Part shown: piece by piece, positions 1 through 13,582 of the stretch
How positions within the stretch are numbered: the stretch's first letter is position 1
Layout: each line of letters begins with the position of its first letter
Assembly: GCA_964016885.1 (NCBI GenBank)
Contig: OZ024740.1
Location: 91,450,001-91,514,000 of the forward strand
Reading direction: 5' to 3'
From: Eledone cirrhosa
Taxonomy: Eukaryota
DNA: 64,000 nucleotides
Notes under the pieces: model-generated
What the model saw: the letters and a program-made list of their open reading frames with translations, nothing else
Databases searched by the model: none
What the model was told of the DNA's origin: nothing
Position numbers and translations under genes: made by a program

Positions 1-51
1 TTCAGACTTAAATTTTTCTTTCAAGTGTATATTACAACACAACGGAAAATA

Positions 52-214
<163 letters not shown>

Positions 215-1617
215 CGTTATTCCGGGTTGAATCGGAGGTAACCACAGTAAGTAAGGTACTCAATACCTATATATATATATGTATATATATATAGTTATAT
301 ATGTATATATATATATAACATTCGTGTCTCGCTGTATGTTAAGTTTCTAAACATGAATAAATATGTCTGATGTAAGGGGCAATGATATTAAAAGCAGAAA
401 CAATGTATTTCGCTGCAATTACTTTACTCGCATAGATGATGTGTTACAATTATATTTCCCGTAAGTAGAAAGCTGTAATTAAATTTCAAATGTGTTTTAC
501 ATCTTCTGTCATCAAATATTTGTTGAATCGAGATATTGATTTTATAAGTAAAACTATAACCAGCACACAGATCGTTGTATGCGTCATGACTAAATATACC
601 ACTGTGTGTATATGCGTGTGGGGTTCTTTGTTTCTGCCTACTCATAAGTGTATGTATATTTGCGTGATAGATTCTTAAAGGTCAATAATTTAATGTATTT
701 AATATATTTTCACGTATACATACAATATAACAAGTTTCAGTTTTCTGCCATTTTATTCGAATGGAATTTGTTTATTTTTTTTAATGTTGATGCACTGTAT
801 ATAATTAGTAATAATTATACCTGTGCCATTTTTATGTTTTAAAATATGATAGTTACAGGCTATGTAGTACACCGTCTTCAAATAGTTTAATACTACACAT
901 GTATTCTCGGTTAGATATTATCAATGCGGTAGAGATTTTCATTATTCGGTCAATCAACGCTTTGTCATGAAATCAGTGATATATTTGTCTGTGTCAACTA
1001 TACCAAAAATTTATTGTTGTAATTTTGATTTCTCGTGAGTGTTAATTGCAATACTCAAACCAGATAAAGAACCATTTTATTCCCCGAAGAATGTCAGAGT
1101 AAGAACACAAATTTAAATGTAAATTTAAGTTTTTTATTATGTTATTTGCTCTTAAGACAATCATTTGCATTGATGTACACCATGTATATGATTGCAGTAA
1201 TAGGTATAAGATAAATGAAACACTGAATTATATTTTATTTCAGGTGCTGAATCAGTCAACATTTCTGAACATTTAACAGAGGGATTTATACAGCAAATGA
1301 TATAAATAGGTGGCGCACAGCATCCGAAATATGGCACCATTCAAAAGATAGGAAAATCCACAACAAAGATCCAGCAGCTATCATAAGTCAATGGACGGAA
1401 CACCTTAATGCAGTGCATTTGAGCTCAATATTTGCATAAACAGTATCATGTCCTCTCCACCAGTTGTGTAAGTGTATGTGGAGCCAGACATTTGCTTGAG
1501 AAAGAGAACATCTGTTGGTCAACTTTGTGTAATTCAAACGTGCACGTAATAGTGATTTTACCCTCCATTCTAAAAAAAAAGAAAATCACAGGATTATATA
1601 TATATATATGTATATAC

Positions 1618-1745
<128 letters not shown>

Positions 1746-1819
1746 AAAAATTGAACGGGAACAAAACAGAGAGGCAGTACGAACAAAGGTTTATTAGTTT
1801 CACGCTCTTATATATATTT

Positions 1820-2625
1820 ATATTCATTAGTTAAGCAAAGCAAGACCACAATTTTCACAAGGAAGACATTATTAAAATATTGTCAACATATTTTAGTTTG
1901 ACGTAAGGAATGTAGAGAATAATAATAATAATATTTATAATAATAATTGTTTCGACTTTTGGCACATGTCCGTTTACAATTGTTTCGCTGGTCCATATTA
2001 TATTTCTGGATCAGATGACTATATATCATAATTGATCTGGTTCAGTTGAAAATAATTAACATATTTAAAAAACAGAGCGGCTCAAAGGAATATAAATTAA
2101 AATAAGGAGAGAATGTTACATAATATAATGTTCCATATATTGGTATTTCAATATGGTGTCCTGGTTATTTCAGTTGTCAGCCATAATCAAGCAGTATTCA
2201 TCTATCGAGGCTGGTTACCCATAGGCAGATCTCACACAATGCAGCCTCGACAGATGTATACTGCTTGATTATTGCTGACAACTGATACAACCAGGACACC
2301 ATAGTGAAATACCAATATATGGAACATTATATTATGTAACATTCTCTCCTTATTTTAATTTATATTCCTTTGAAGTTCCGATGAGCCGCTCTGGTTTTTA
2401 AATATGTTAATTGTTTTCAAATGAACCAGATCAATTAGATATATAGTCATCTGATCCAGAAATATTATATGAAGTAGCGAACCAATTGTAAACGGACATT
2501 ATTATTATTAATATTATTATTATTATTCTCCACATTCCTTACATCAAACTAAAATATGTTGACAATTTTTTAATAATGTCTTCCTTGTGAAATTTGTGAT
2601 CTTGTTTTGCTTAACTAATGAATAT
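1820..2625. repeat. Long imperfect inverted repeat (arms ~1820-2212 and ~2241-2625), probable PLE pseudo-LTR remnant
   Basis: The arms are reverse complements (cattagttaagcaaagcaagacc... vs ...gatcttgttttgcttaactaatg) with a ~30-nt spacer, near a (TA)n tract. Each arm carries a GAAACAATTGTA-type hammerhead stem III motif. Confidence 0.75.
2375..2493 (+). ncRNA. Degenerate type I hammerhead-like motif with ~95-nt stem II region
   Basis: gtt-CCGATGA-gc...gc-GAAC-caattg-TA-aac. Stem I is gtt/aac and stem III is palindromic. The opposite arm has an intact GAAA but an 11-nt deletion at the core. The core carries mismatches. Confidence 0.3.
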
Positions 2626-2817
2626 TTCCAGCTCTGCGCACCTAACTTCTGCATGAACCCAGTCACGTAGCTGGTTTCTACTGCATAGTGCACATTGAGC
2701 ATATGCCTTTACGCTTTGACTTCAAACTAATTCACTAATCTCTCCTCTCATATCTCCTCTCCTATATCCATCTCTCTCTTTAAGATTGGTTTCTCTTGAA
2801 CTGTATATATATAAATA

Positions 2818-2911
<94 letters not shown>

Positions 2912-3086
2912 TAGATATCATATCATTACCATAAGTACCCACGGAAATATTTGAGGTGTCTATAATAGTGGTTGTCGCATGGTACTAATTTGAGATACCA
3001 GAACTGTAAATATGACCGGAACAATTAAACATTAAACAATCTTTTAAATAAATTAAAATACGATTTAAATATTTACCTCTTCTAGT

Positions 3087-3166
3087 GCCATGACCGACGG
3101 TTTCGCTAACCAACAGATTGGAAATTCAGAGAATTTCCAATGGAAAGATATAGCTCTTCAGAAAGC
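3087..3166 (-). ncRNA. Type I hammerhead ribozyme motif (extended stem II)
   Basis: Minus strand reads gcttt-CTGAAGA-gcta...ttggaaattc tct gaatttccaa...tagc-GAAA-ccgtcgg-TC-atggc. Confidence 0.6.
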
Positions 3167-3589
3167 TTTTCCAAACCTACTAGATAAAAATCCACGTAGA
3201 GGATTTATATCTAGAGATACATATTTAAATCGTATTTTAATTTATGTAAAATATTGATTAATGTTTACTTGTTCCGCTCATATTTACAGTTCTGGTATCT
3301 CAAATAAGTACCATGGAACAACCACTATTACAGACACCATATCTATTTCTGTGGGTACTTAGTACCTACTGGAATATCTATATAATTTATCTGAATTCCA
3401 TTAATGTTGAGAAAAAAATGTTGTATCTTGTTGCTATTTGTAGTAACATTAAATTTCAACTAGTCTATTATTCTCGCTCTTTCTAGCGGCCCATTTGTGT
3501 GGTGGTCATTCTAACGGCTTGATTCATTCACCGGGTAGAAAGCGACAAATCCTTATCTACGTGGATTTATATCTAGTAGGTTTCGAAAA

Positions 3590-3669
3590 GCTATCTGAAG
3601 AGCTATATCTTTCCATTGGAAATTCTCTGAATTTCCCATCTTTTGATTAGCAAAACCGCCGGTCATGGC
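3590..3669 (+). ncRNA. Second, inverted copy of the same hammerhead motif (G12 mutated to A)
   Basis: gctat-CTGAAGA-gcta...tagc-AAAA-ccgccgg-TC-atggc; 5-bp stem I gctat/atggc. Confidence 0.5.
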
Positions 3670-3739
3670 ACTAGAAGAGGTAAATATTTAAATCGTATTT
3701 TAATTTATTTAAAAGATTGTCTAATGTTTACTTGGTCCG

Positions 3740-3774
<35 letters not shown>

Positions 3775-3777
<3 letters not shown>

Positions 3778-4135
3778 TGTTTGAGGTTTACCACTGGATA
3801 GAGCTGGTCTATTCTGTATGGTCAATCGTAATGTAATAATATAGAGAGTACTCAACGTAAAGCAGTTCAACCGTCTTTGTTTTTGTAGTTGGTGGTGCTA
3901 TTACGGAGTTAAATATTATAATGAAATGACACTTCATTATAATATTTAGCCCCGTAATAGCACCACCAACTACATAAACAAAGACGGTTGACCTGCTTTA
4001 CGTTGAGTACTCTCTATATTATTACATTACGGATATCACCGGATTCATACGGAACCCGGTCGTTGAAATGATCATAGTATAATAAACCTTTCAAGGATTT
4101 ACACAAATCCAGCCTCCTGTTATTTCATTATAATA
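3775..4135. mobile_element. PLE end remnant with ~100-bp hairpin; same family as 57705-59958 and 62905-63055
   Basis: Palindrome ~3828-3925 / 3933-4031. Carries the 3' half of a hammerhead (GAAATGATCATAgtat), shared with 59702-59759. Confidence 0.65.
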
Positions 4136-4296
4136 TTATATTTATATATATATATATATGCAAAAGTTTTATTTAAAATTGTTGGGTTACAACAAGTAAA
4201 TATTTTATAACCGATATAAAGCACTCGACAAGTTTTTGGAGTAGATATACGATAGTAAACAAATGGAAACTATATTTATAAAACCATATTTATTTC

Positions 4297-4353
4297 ATTA
4301 CACATATTTCAGGGATACCATATTAAAAATATGGCATGCCTTCGTCAGATAAA
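4297..4353 (-). ncRNA. Hammerhead-like motif in family B pseudo-LTR
   Basis: CTGACGA-aggcatgccatatt ttt aatatggtatccct-GAAA-tatgtg; stem I/III pairing is imperfect. Confidence 0.4.
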
Positions 4354-5984
4354 ATACAATATATAAACTGTTTTTTTAAATAATTTTGACGTACCATAAA
4401 TATAAGCGACCATTAAGGTAGGAAGCTGGCTTGGTAGTGAGGTGTTTATAATTATTTAGTTATAGTGTTAAGCACGGTTAGAAAGAAAGACGGAGAGAAA
4501 GAATAAATGTATGTAAAGAAAAATAGAGAGAAATAGGGGAGAGAGAAAGAAGGAGGAGGTGAAAAAAGAGAGGCAACCGAAGTCAACAGATGAATAATAA
4601 TAATTCACCATACAGATAGAGAGATTTAAGAGAGAAAGAGTATGGTAATTATTTAGTTATAGTGTTATGCACAGTTAGAGAAGAGACGGAGAGAAAGAAA
4701 AAAAATGGAGATGCCGAGAAAATAGAGAGAGAGAGAGAAAGAGGTGGGAGGAAAAGAAGGAGGGAGAACAAATAATAATAAGTATATAGGGGGAGGTGAA
4801 ATAAGAGAGAAACATGAGAGGCAAAGTCAATGTGACAGATAAATAAACTTCATCATATATAAAGAGAGAGGAGAAGAAAGAGCTATATCTAGAGAGAGGG
4901 GTGATAGAGTTACATCTTTACGTCATGTCCTACCAATTTGAATTATCAATTCATATGAACTGGGTAATATAATGTAAATATCAATATTCATGAATGAGAC
5001 ATAGATATATAATGTGTGAAAATAATTTTGCTCAATAATGACCATATGTTTAGTTTAAAACTCTGAGGTCAATGTACCAAAATCTGAGATAAATCTTCAA
5101 AAAATTACCCTATTTATAAAAATACGGAGATATATATGTATATATATACACACGTATATGCACTTTCTGAAAAAAGAAAAGGGAAAGTTATGTCAAGCTC
5201 TAGTCGATAATATAGACATACACATGACTTTACGTGATCAACTCTATAATTTCTTGTGTCATGAAAAAATTTCCTTGTGTTATAAAAAAATTCATATATA
5301 TATATATACATAAAAAATAAACGATTAATATTCATGCCCTCACACATATGATTATCGTTCATGTATATAATATTATGCATATCTGTAACATATACAGAAT
5401 TATACCTACATATACATATACATATATATGCATACACAAGATATCTGCGTGAGTGTTCCAGTATCTCTATGCACACATACAGGCACATGAACAGATAAAA
5501 TATACTCTGTAATCTTTCCATATGCATGTTAATACATATGGCCTTTGTATAGAGATAACCAGATATCAATATATCAGCACAGAAATATCAAAACGTTAAG
5601 ATATTTTCAACACACCCTAGGGTATCTCAGGCCACAAAAACAGTATGCTTCATATATTTACCACATAAATCTATCCTTCCAATTTTTTCAGACAATATAT
5701 TGCAAAGTTCCTTAGAGGCAATCAGAATAAAAAAAAGCAAATAAAAAGCCAAAAATTATTTAATAAAAATTATTTAAAGGATTTAGAAGACCCTGTGGTT
5801 CTATGGATGCTCTTATATTTAGTATAGACATTTATCTTGCGTACAATTTATTTAATACATTTTAGAGTAGTTTAATTACATCATTTGTTTATATTTATGA
5901 AGAAGGTTTAAAAGAAAAAGTTGAAGGAATCGAAAGATTTATCGTCAGGTTTCATACATTAATTAAATTTCTTAATTAATTATA

Positions 5985-6540
5985 CTACATTTTAAATTTA
6001 TATTTATATTTAAACGTTGAGTTCAATCTATGTCTGCAGCAACTGAATAAATTGCTCCTTAGATTAAGGGAATTTTTGGATTTTAATATAAAGAATATCT
6101 CCTCCACACAAAGATCACATGTCTCAAATGAGGAATTAAAAGGAATCCCTCTTGAGACAATATTCCAAAACATCGAATACCCAACGTTTAAGTTGCCAGA
6201 GTAAGCTTGATAGCGAAGTTGAAGATTTTCTGTTTGGATCTGTGAAAGAATTCTTATGATTATTGAAGCGAAGTTTAAATTCTGTCGAGGTGTAACCAAC
6301 ATAGTTGAAATAATTTAAGTTAGTTTTAACATTACGATTGTATATTATATTTTTAACTAAGCAATTGTTATTTAACGGACATTTAGATTTATTTCTACAG
6401 TTACAGTTATTTAATTGAATATTGTTTGGGTTATTATTGGTATTTTGGTTAGGTTTTAAATTCCTATTATTAATTCTGTTAATATTTTGTGCTAAATTTT
6501 TGGTGGACGAGTAAGTTAATTTTATAGTATGTCTATTAAA
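5985..6540 (-). pseudogene. PLE Cys-rich linker + GIY-YIG endonuclease fragment (frameshifted)
   Basis: Manual translation gives TIKLTYSSTKN...CNCRNKSKCPLNNNCLVKNIIY...YVGYTSTEFKLRFNNHKNSF, then in another frame CDLCVEE...LFSCCRH. Confidence 0.85.
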
Positions 6541-6541
6541 A

Positions 6542-6653
<112 letters not shown>

Positions 6654-6767
6654 GTTAGAATATGTGTAATAAGGCCAAGACAATGCAGATATGGACATAG
6701 AAAAAAGAATGCAATAGTGAAAGATATTGATGAGAATTCGTCTTTCACCTTGAATTTATTTAAATGT

Positions 6768-6802
6768 CCTTAATTTTCGAGATAATATCTCTTCTTCGGA
6801 GG
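6768..6802 (-). ncRNA. Minimal hammerhead-like motif (U4 replaced by C) in a short insert between (TA)n tracts
   Basis: cct-CCGAAGA-a gagat att atctc-GAAA-AT-TA-agg; stem I cct/agg and palindromic AATT stem III. Confidence 0.35.
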
Positions 6803-8609
6803 GAAGTAAAAGTCTCAGACCAGCGTCTAAATTTCCAATGAAGCCATATATATATATATATATATATTGTTTCCAATGAAGCCATATATATATATATATA
6901 TATATTGTTGTTAGTTCATCCTCGTTTCCTCGAATATTTTACCCTTCATTTCCATTCCATATTTATGTACATGAGTGTGTATGTGTGCGTGTGTGCGTAT
7001 ATATGTGTATATCAGTGTGTCTGAGAAGGAAAATAATGGAAATACATGTTACATTTAGTTAAATTTTCTCTTTGAAATTGTTCATGGTAATCTACAAAAT
7101 TGTATAGGTTTCTATTTAGCGCAAACATTGTTATCTATTCATTACATTAACTTGGATGTCTACATAATTGGCATATTAAGCCCTCTTTTTCTATATATTC
7201 ATATATTCTTACTATTCCCTGAGTACATCCACATTTGCATATTTCTATCATGATTCATATTTATAATTTTGATCATGTTATTTTTTGTAACAAAATACAG
7301 CATTTCTATCAATACAAGCAGGTGAATCAGTTTAAATCACATCATTACTGAAACATATTTTTATTTGACCTGTATCTGTTTTTCAACTGAATATATATAT
7401 TACAAATGACAATTACACGTAATTAATGAAGAAGAATATTGTAATGCAATAATATTTTAATAATATTGTGGAAATCAAAATTAAACATATGAGTCCATAA
7501 AGACATATTAATTCTGATAGGTCTTTCAAATCAAAGCTCGCCCAAATTAATCTATTGGGGTAATAAAAACTAATATGAATACAGAAACGGTGAAAATCAA
7601 AATTATGAGGGCATCGGACGTGAGACTATATGTTTAGGGAGATCTTAGTAATATGCCACAATGGAATTTACTGGTAAGACTATTTACAAGTGTTTAATGT
7701 CCCTGTCATGTTTCTGGTTGAATTCGAGTCTGATTTAATATTTAAGGACCCGTTTTTTATATGGTTTCAAATATCCAGAAAATAGAAATTACCTGGGATC
7801 AAACATTTCCTTACAGTAGAGAAGGAAACATATACAATGAATTATAATACATGAACCTTCATATTCTTCTAATACAAATAATTTTCAATGTTTTTGAGAT
7901 ATGATTCCTGAAGTGTTTTGTAACTGAAAATGTTACAATAGATTTAGTGGCTTATGGTTTAGTACCTATAAGGAAAATAAGAACTTCAAAATATTTTAGT
8001 ACTGACCCATCCTTAATAATATGGGTTATTATTATGCTCATATACAGAATCGAAGGAAACATTTATTTTAACGTATCTCATATTAAGTTACGACCTTTGA
8101 GTGGAATTCAGTACGTGGAAACTATGCAGCATTCTGAGAAAATTGTTATAATTGAAATTCATGCGACATATCTATTTACAAAATACGTTATTCTATTCAA
8201 TTTGAGGATTATGTCAGAATCATATATGTCTATGCAATACACACATATATATATATAGAGGAGAATTCAATAAAAATATATTTAAGATGAGAGCACATTT
8301 AAATTGTTCTTAGATGAGAACAATCCTACATAAACACATATTATGAATCCCAATGTGCTGATACCGACATCTCAGGTTGGAATGAAATTCAATTGAACTA
8401 TTCAATTAGGAATTTTATACGTAAATGAGTTATACCTTATTCTTATATAAATAGCGAGTTATTAAAGGTAATAGATGACAGATATAAATCACTGAAAATG
8501 TTGGTAGTGTCATTCTCACTCATTTAGTATGATAGGTGTTAATGTGTTCCTAGGTAGAACGATCTCTTTTATTTTCTTATATACTTCTACTATTTTAATT
8601 ATCTATCTA

Positions 8610-9605
8610 TAACACGCACTGAGGCTACGCTATCTCCAGGTATTCCTGACCGGTGAACCGGTGTGACTGTTTTTTGTGAGACGACCTCTTCCACAACTCG
8701 TCTCACTAACAGAGCTGCAGTCCTGGGTCAAGCAAAGACCGAAAATGGGCGCCCGGCACCTCGAGTGCCTTCAGATGTTCACAGCTCTCTACCATGCGGA
8801 AACAGCAATCAACGGTGACTCCACTTCGACATTATATAGAGGATTAGTGTAGGATAAGTGCGATGAAGTTCTCGGGGAATATCTAGGCATCGAGGAGGAC
8901 GAACTGACCAGTCTCTTCAGGATGACTTTCGTCCAGGGCCTATGGATAACTTCCAGATATCTCTAGTCTGGTATTGCTACCGAAGAGCTCTACCAGTTCG
9001 AGACAAAATCTACAGGTATGCACGCCCTGGCACAGATACTGTCAAAAGTACCTGTCCAAGATGCGAGCAGGACATCGAAACCGTTCCGCATGCAATTGGT
9101 CAGTTCCCAGGGGTGACCGACCTGTAGAATTATGTCGAACAGCTACTGTCACGTGGGGGACGCATCCAGTTGTCAGCCGAGTCCATCGTGAGGGTCTTCT
9201 CTCTGCCGTCATTTAAGAATGAAGGAGGGGCGGTTTCCTCTGCCTGCGAGCTATGGGGAAGGAGGTAATATGGTGGACGAGGTAAAAAGGACTGAAGGCA
9301 AACAGCTTTCTTTCCGACAACAACTCCTCCCCTTCTTTAAGTACCGCTTCAGTAAATTCGCTGAGAGGTGGGTGAATGTGGTGAAAATGGCCTTAGTGAA
9401 TGGACCATCTCTGTATATAAACCTGTATGTTGAGGAAGATAAAGAGATAGAACATGGGGACACGTTCCCCCCTAATGGACATTCCGATTGTTTTATTTTA
9501 TATATAGTTTATTGTTATTCATCATCGTTAAACATTTCATGTAGAACCCCCGCCGTCATGTCATGTAATTCCCATTTTTGTACGCCCCTGTGGCAAACAA
9601 AACCT
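8610..9605 (+). mobile_element. Decayed 3' end of an L1/Tx1-like LINE (C-terminal zinc knuckle)
   Basis: Translation ...RRALPVRDKIYR...CPRCEQDIETVPHAI resembles the zf-RVT CxxC...H motif. Contains stops and frameshifts; followed by a 3' UTR and microsatellite tail. Confidence 0.6.
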
Positions 9606-9634
9606 GATATCTCTCTCTCTCTCACTCACTCTCT

Positions 9635-9698
<64 letters not shown>

Positions 9699-9709
9699 CT
9701 GTGTGTATA

Positions 9710-9746
<37 letters not shown>

Positions 9747-10009
9747 GGAAAAAATGAAACGATATTTCATTTCCCACTCTTAGTACGGCTGTTACTTAAA
9801 TATAAGTATGTACACGTACATACATATATGTATACCGACGTACAGTAGTATGTATATATATATATACATACATGCACACATATATATATGCACGTATGGA
9901 TTCACCGAACATTTATTATAATGCTCGGTGTGTTTGTAAACAAACATCCCGTATTAAGCCGTAGTGTCTAGCAACCACCGTTGCTCGTTTGTTCAACACT
10001 GACAAAGGA

Positions 10010-10052
10010 ACGCTGTACTTATTTCAAGCTTGTTAGCTATCGTCAGCAACGT
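10010..10052 (-). ncRNA. Minimal hammerhead, inverted copy with altered stem III
   Basis: acgttg-CTGACGA-tagctaacaagctt-GAAA-TAAG-TA-cagcgt; the palindrome is lost. Confidence 0.45.
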
Positions 10053-10194
10053 ATACCTTCCTGCCAGATTGTTGAACGTATATACTTACCTTATGCATAT
10101 TAACGGCTGAGTAGCCCAATTTGCAAATTGGGCTACTCAGCCGTTAATATGCATAAGGTAAGTATATATGTTCAACAATCTGGCAGGAAGGTAT

Positions 10195-10237
10195 ACGTTG
10201 CTGACGATAGCTAACAAGCTTGAAACTAGTACAGCGT
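10195..10237 (+). ncRNA. Minimal type I hammerhead ribozyme
   Basis: acgttg-CTGACGA-t agct aaca agct t-GAAA-CTAG-TA-cagcgt; 6-bp stem I and palindromic ACTAGT stem III, typical of PLE/retrozyme hammerheads that work as dimers. Confidence 0.75.
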
Positions 10238-10618
10238 TCCTTTGTCAGTGTTGAACAAACGAGCAACGGTGGTTGCTAGACACTACGGCTTAATACGGGA
10301 TGTTTGTTTACAAACACACCGAGCATTATAATAAATGTTCGGTGAATCCATACGTGCATATATATATGTGTGCATGTATGTATATATATATATATACATA
10401 CTACTGTACGTCGGTATACATATATGTATGTACGTGTACATACTTATATTTAAGTAACAGCCGTACTAAGAGTGGGAAATGAAATATCGTTTCATTTTTT
10501 CCGTTTATCGTTTTCGGTGCACCCGGCCGATTAACCCACTCGATATGCAAATTGGGCTACTCAGCCGTTAATATGCATAAGGTAAGTATATACGTTCAAC
10601 AATCTGGCAGGAAGGTAT

Positions 10619-10661
10619 ACGTTGCTGACGATAGCTAACAAGCTTGAAACTAGTACAGCGT
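10619..10661 (+). ncRNA. Minimal type I hammerhead ribozyme (second tandem copy)
   Basis: Identical to 10195-10237. Confidence 0.75.
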
Positions 10662-11040
10662 TCCTTTGTCAGTGTTGAACAAACGAGCAACGGTGGTTGC
10701 TAGACACTACGGCTTAATACGGGATGTTTGTTTACAAACACACCGAGCATTATAATAAATGTTCGGTGAATCCATACGTGCATATATATATGTGTGCATG
10801 TATGTATATATATATATACATACTACTGTACGTCGGTATACATATATGTATGTACGTGTACATACTTATATTTAAGTAACAGCCGTACTAAGAGTGGGAA
10901 ATGAAATATCGTTTCATTTTTTCCGTTTATCGTTTTCGGTGCACCCGGCCGATTAACCCACTCGATATGCAAATTGGGCTACTCAGCCGTTAATATGCAT
11001 AAGGTAAGTATATACGTTCAACAATCTGGCAGGAAGGTAT

Positions 11041-11083
11041 ACGTTGATGACGATAGCTAACAAGCTTGAAACTAGTACAGCGT
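11041..11083 (+). ncRNA. Hammerhead, third tandem copy, C3 mutated to A (probably inactive)
   Basis: acgttg-ATGACGA...GAAACTAGTA-cagcgt. Confidence 0.5.
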
Positions 11084-11286
11084 TCCTTTGTCAGTGTTGA
11101 ACAAACGAGCAACGGTGGTTGCTAGACACTACGGCTTAATACGGGATGTTTGTTTACAAACACACCGAGCATTATAATAAATGTTCGGTGAATCCATACG
11201 TGCATATATATATGTGTGCATGTATGTATATATATATATACATACTACTGTACGTCGGTATACATATATGTATGTACGTGTACATA

Positions 11287-11336
<50 letters not shown>

Positions 11337-11339
<3 letters not shown>

Positions 11340-11557
11340 TCATCGTCATCAGGTGGAGCTTGCTCAGCTTTCTACGACACGCTTCCTCCATCCATCTCTG
11401 TCTCTCATATCGTTTGCCAGTTCTTCCGCAGTGCATCCAGTATCGTCCTCAAGTTGCTGGACGTATGTCTTCTTTGGACGACCAGCGTTTTTTGATCCAT
11501 CAGATGGACTCCATAACAACACATCACCTGCTATTTCTTCCTTGCTGCACCAACAGT
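11337..11557 (-). mobile_element. 3'-terminal fragment of an RTE-clade LINE with (GAT)n tail
   Basis: Translation HCW...[10 protein letters not shown]...[16 protein letters not shown]...[11 protein letters not shown] is typical of RTE C-termini; ends in gatgacgatgatgat. Confidence 0.7.
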
Positions 11558-11584
11558 GTATATATATATATATGAAAGTATTGA

Positions 11585-13582
11585 AGTTTGCTTGAAGCAT
11601 TGTGGAATAATAAGTAAATATCTTTACTCAAACCCATCTTAGACACCTTGCCGGGACACGTTAACAGCTCCGAGGAGGTGTTGAAGCGCCCGCATCAAAT
11701 GGATCCCGACACCAGAAAGAATAACAGATATGTCTTCAGCCTTGATGTAGTCGCTCTCTATACCTCGGTCCCGGCACTCCTGGCCGTCAATATAATGGTG
11801 GAACGCGTCCAATCCACCGACCTACACTGCTTCTGGCTCACCACCACTGACATCCACCAACTCCTATCCATCGTCGTCGACAACACCCACTTCGGATTCC
11901 TTGACCAAACATACCAACAAACCTCGGAATTGCCCATGGGATCAAGCCTATCAGGTGTGCTTGCGATCTCTTACATGGCCAACCTCGAACGAAAACGCAC
12001 TCAACGCCTGCCACCCCAACGCCGTAGCATTTATCTCAAGGTACGTGGACGATATCCTCATCTTCACATCATCCCAAGACACGGCCAACAGAATCTATGA
12101 GACGTTCAACAACACGGACGAGAACATTGACTTCAGTGTTGAACACCCCAACGAAGACGAGTCACTTGCCCTCCTCGACTTCCGAATCAACAGCACGGAA
12201 CAGGGAAGCATCCACTGCAACTTCTACCGAAAGGCAGCCTGCAGGGACCTGTTCGTTCACTACAAGTTCGCCCTCCCTAACAGTGCCAAAAGAGGATACA
12301 TCACGAACGAGATCGCGCGAGTCAAAAACAGATGCAGCGATCCGGCGAGTGGTGTCACTCATACCAAGCGATTCCTCGAGGTGCTGGAGACGAACGGGTA
12401 CCCTACCTCGATCACAGACAGAATAGGAGACACCAGACGCAAGAGACAGAGAGGCACCCAAGGCAAGTGCTTCCTTAAAATGCCACACCTGGGCTAGAAT
12501 ACCACCAAGGCTATCCGCGAGGCTATACAGAGGAAGGGCCTCGACATCCACCTGGGCCACTCGGGCCCCTCCCTGCGAAGATTCCTCTCCAGGAAACCCG
12601 GGAAATCTATTGACGCATATTCCCTCAAAGACTGCCCGATACGCCATGCAAACTGTTGCCTACGCACATACTTTGTGTATAAGATATAATGGACAGGTGC
12701 AACCAATACTACATAGGTTGCACAATCCGACCTTTGCACATCCGGATCAAGGAACACACTAAAACCAGGGCCTCGTCTTTCTGGAAACACATAGACAAAT
12801 ACGGAAACAAAGACGGAAGGCCCATTGTCGCAATTCTAGCGACTGAAGGAAACGTCGGCACGTTACGTATCAAGGAAGCGCTTTTTATCAAACGACTACA
12901 ACCGCAAATAAACAACCGATCAGAGAGAAGCGAAATGAGATGGCTGGTTTAAGTTAACAAACGATGCAGCTAAACACGCACACACACACACACACACGAG
13001 ACAGCTACACACACACAGTAGCATTCCACCATACGAACATACTACACTGCCAATACAGATGAACACGTCAACAACACACGCACACACACACACTCAAGCG
13101 AGACAACAACACACGCACACACACACACAGTAACATTTACAAACAGGCAGAGAATGGACTGACAGCTAGCGCCACCCCTCTCCCTCATTCGGCCGCTGAC
13201 CTCTGCCCGACCGACCCCATTTCACGCGTTCGCGCGCTCTGCCGAATACCTCAGATATTCAAAACAACAAACAGCGGGGTACGCGTTTCGCACGCATCCG
13301 ACAGACAACCTTTTCCCCCGCCCCGGAAAAAAACCCCAGTTGATGAATTTGAATCCGAAATATATAGGGACTATTAAATCTCTCCCAAGGTAACTCTCTC
13401 TCGTGTTGTTATTTTTATTTTATCCTTTATACTCTTTCCTTCATTCTTCAAACACATTTTATACACACCACGCATCTGAACGTACACCCACTTACATCTC
13501 TCTCTCCACCACCGGATCTTGTTACCCGGAGATTTACCCATTTGCATTGTCGAGGCTTCCAAACGACTTAAAGATATTTACT

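Larger units (their letters stand above)
2910..3743. mobile_element. Non-coding PLE end remnant with nested inversions between (TA)n tracts
   Basis: ~3220-3380 is the reverse complement of ~2915-3070, and ~3560-3742 is the reverse complement of ~3015-3200. Carries hammerhead motifs in both orientations. Confidence 0.7.
9741..11290. mobile_element. Retrozyme-like non-autonomous element: ~423-bp unit, one inverted partial copy plus ~2.75 tandem copies, inserted in (TA)n
   Basis: 9741-10123 is the reverse complement of 10124-~10508 (centre caatttgcaaattg). Direct units start at 10124, 10548 and 10970. No real ORF; one minimal hammerhead per unit. Confidence 0.85.

Noticed and set aside
1244-1467. 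Exon-like segment (ttttatttcag acceptor, gtaagt donor)
   Set aside because: All three frames contain stops and no partner exons are evident. It could be a non-coding exon but is unsupported.
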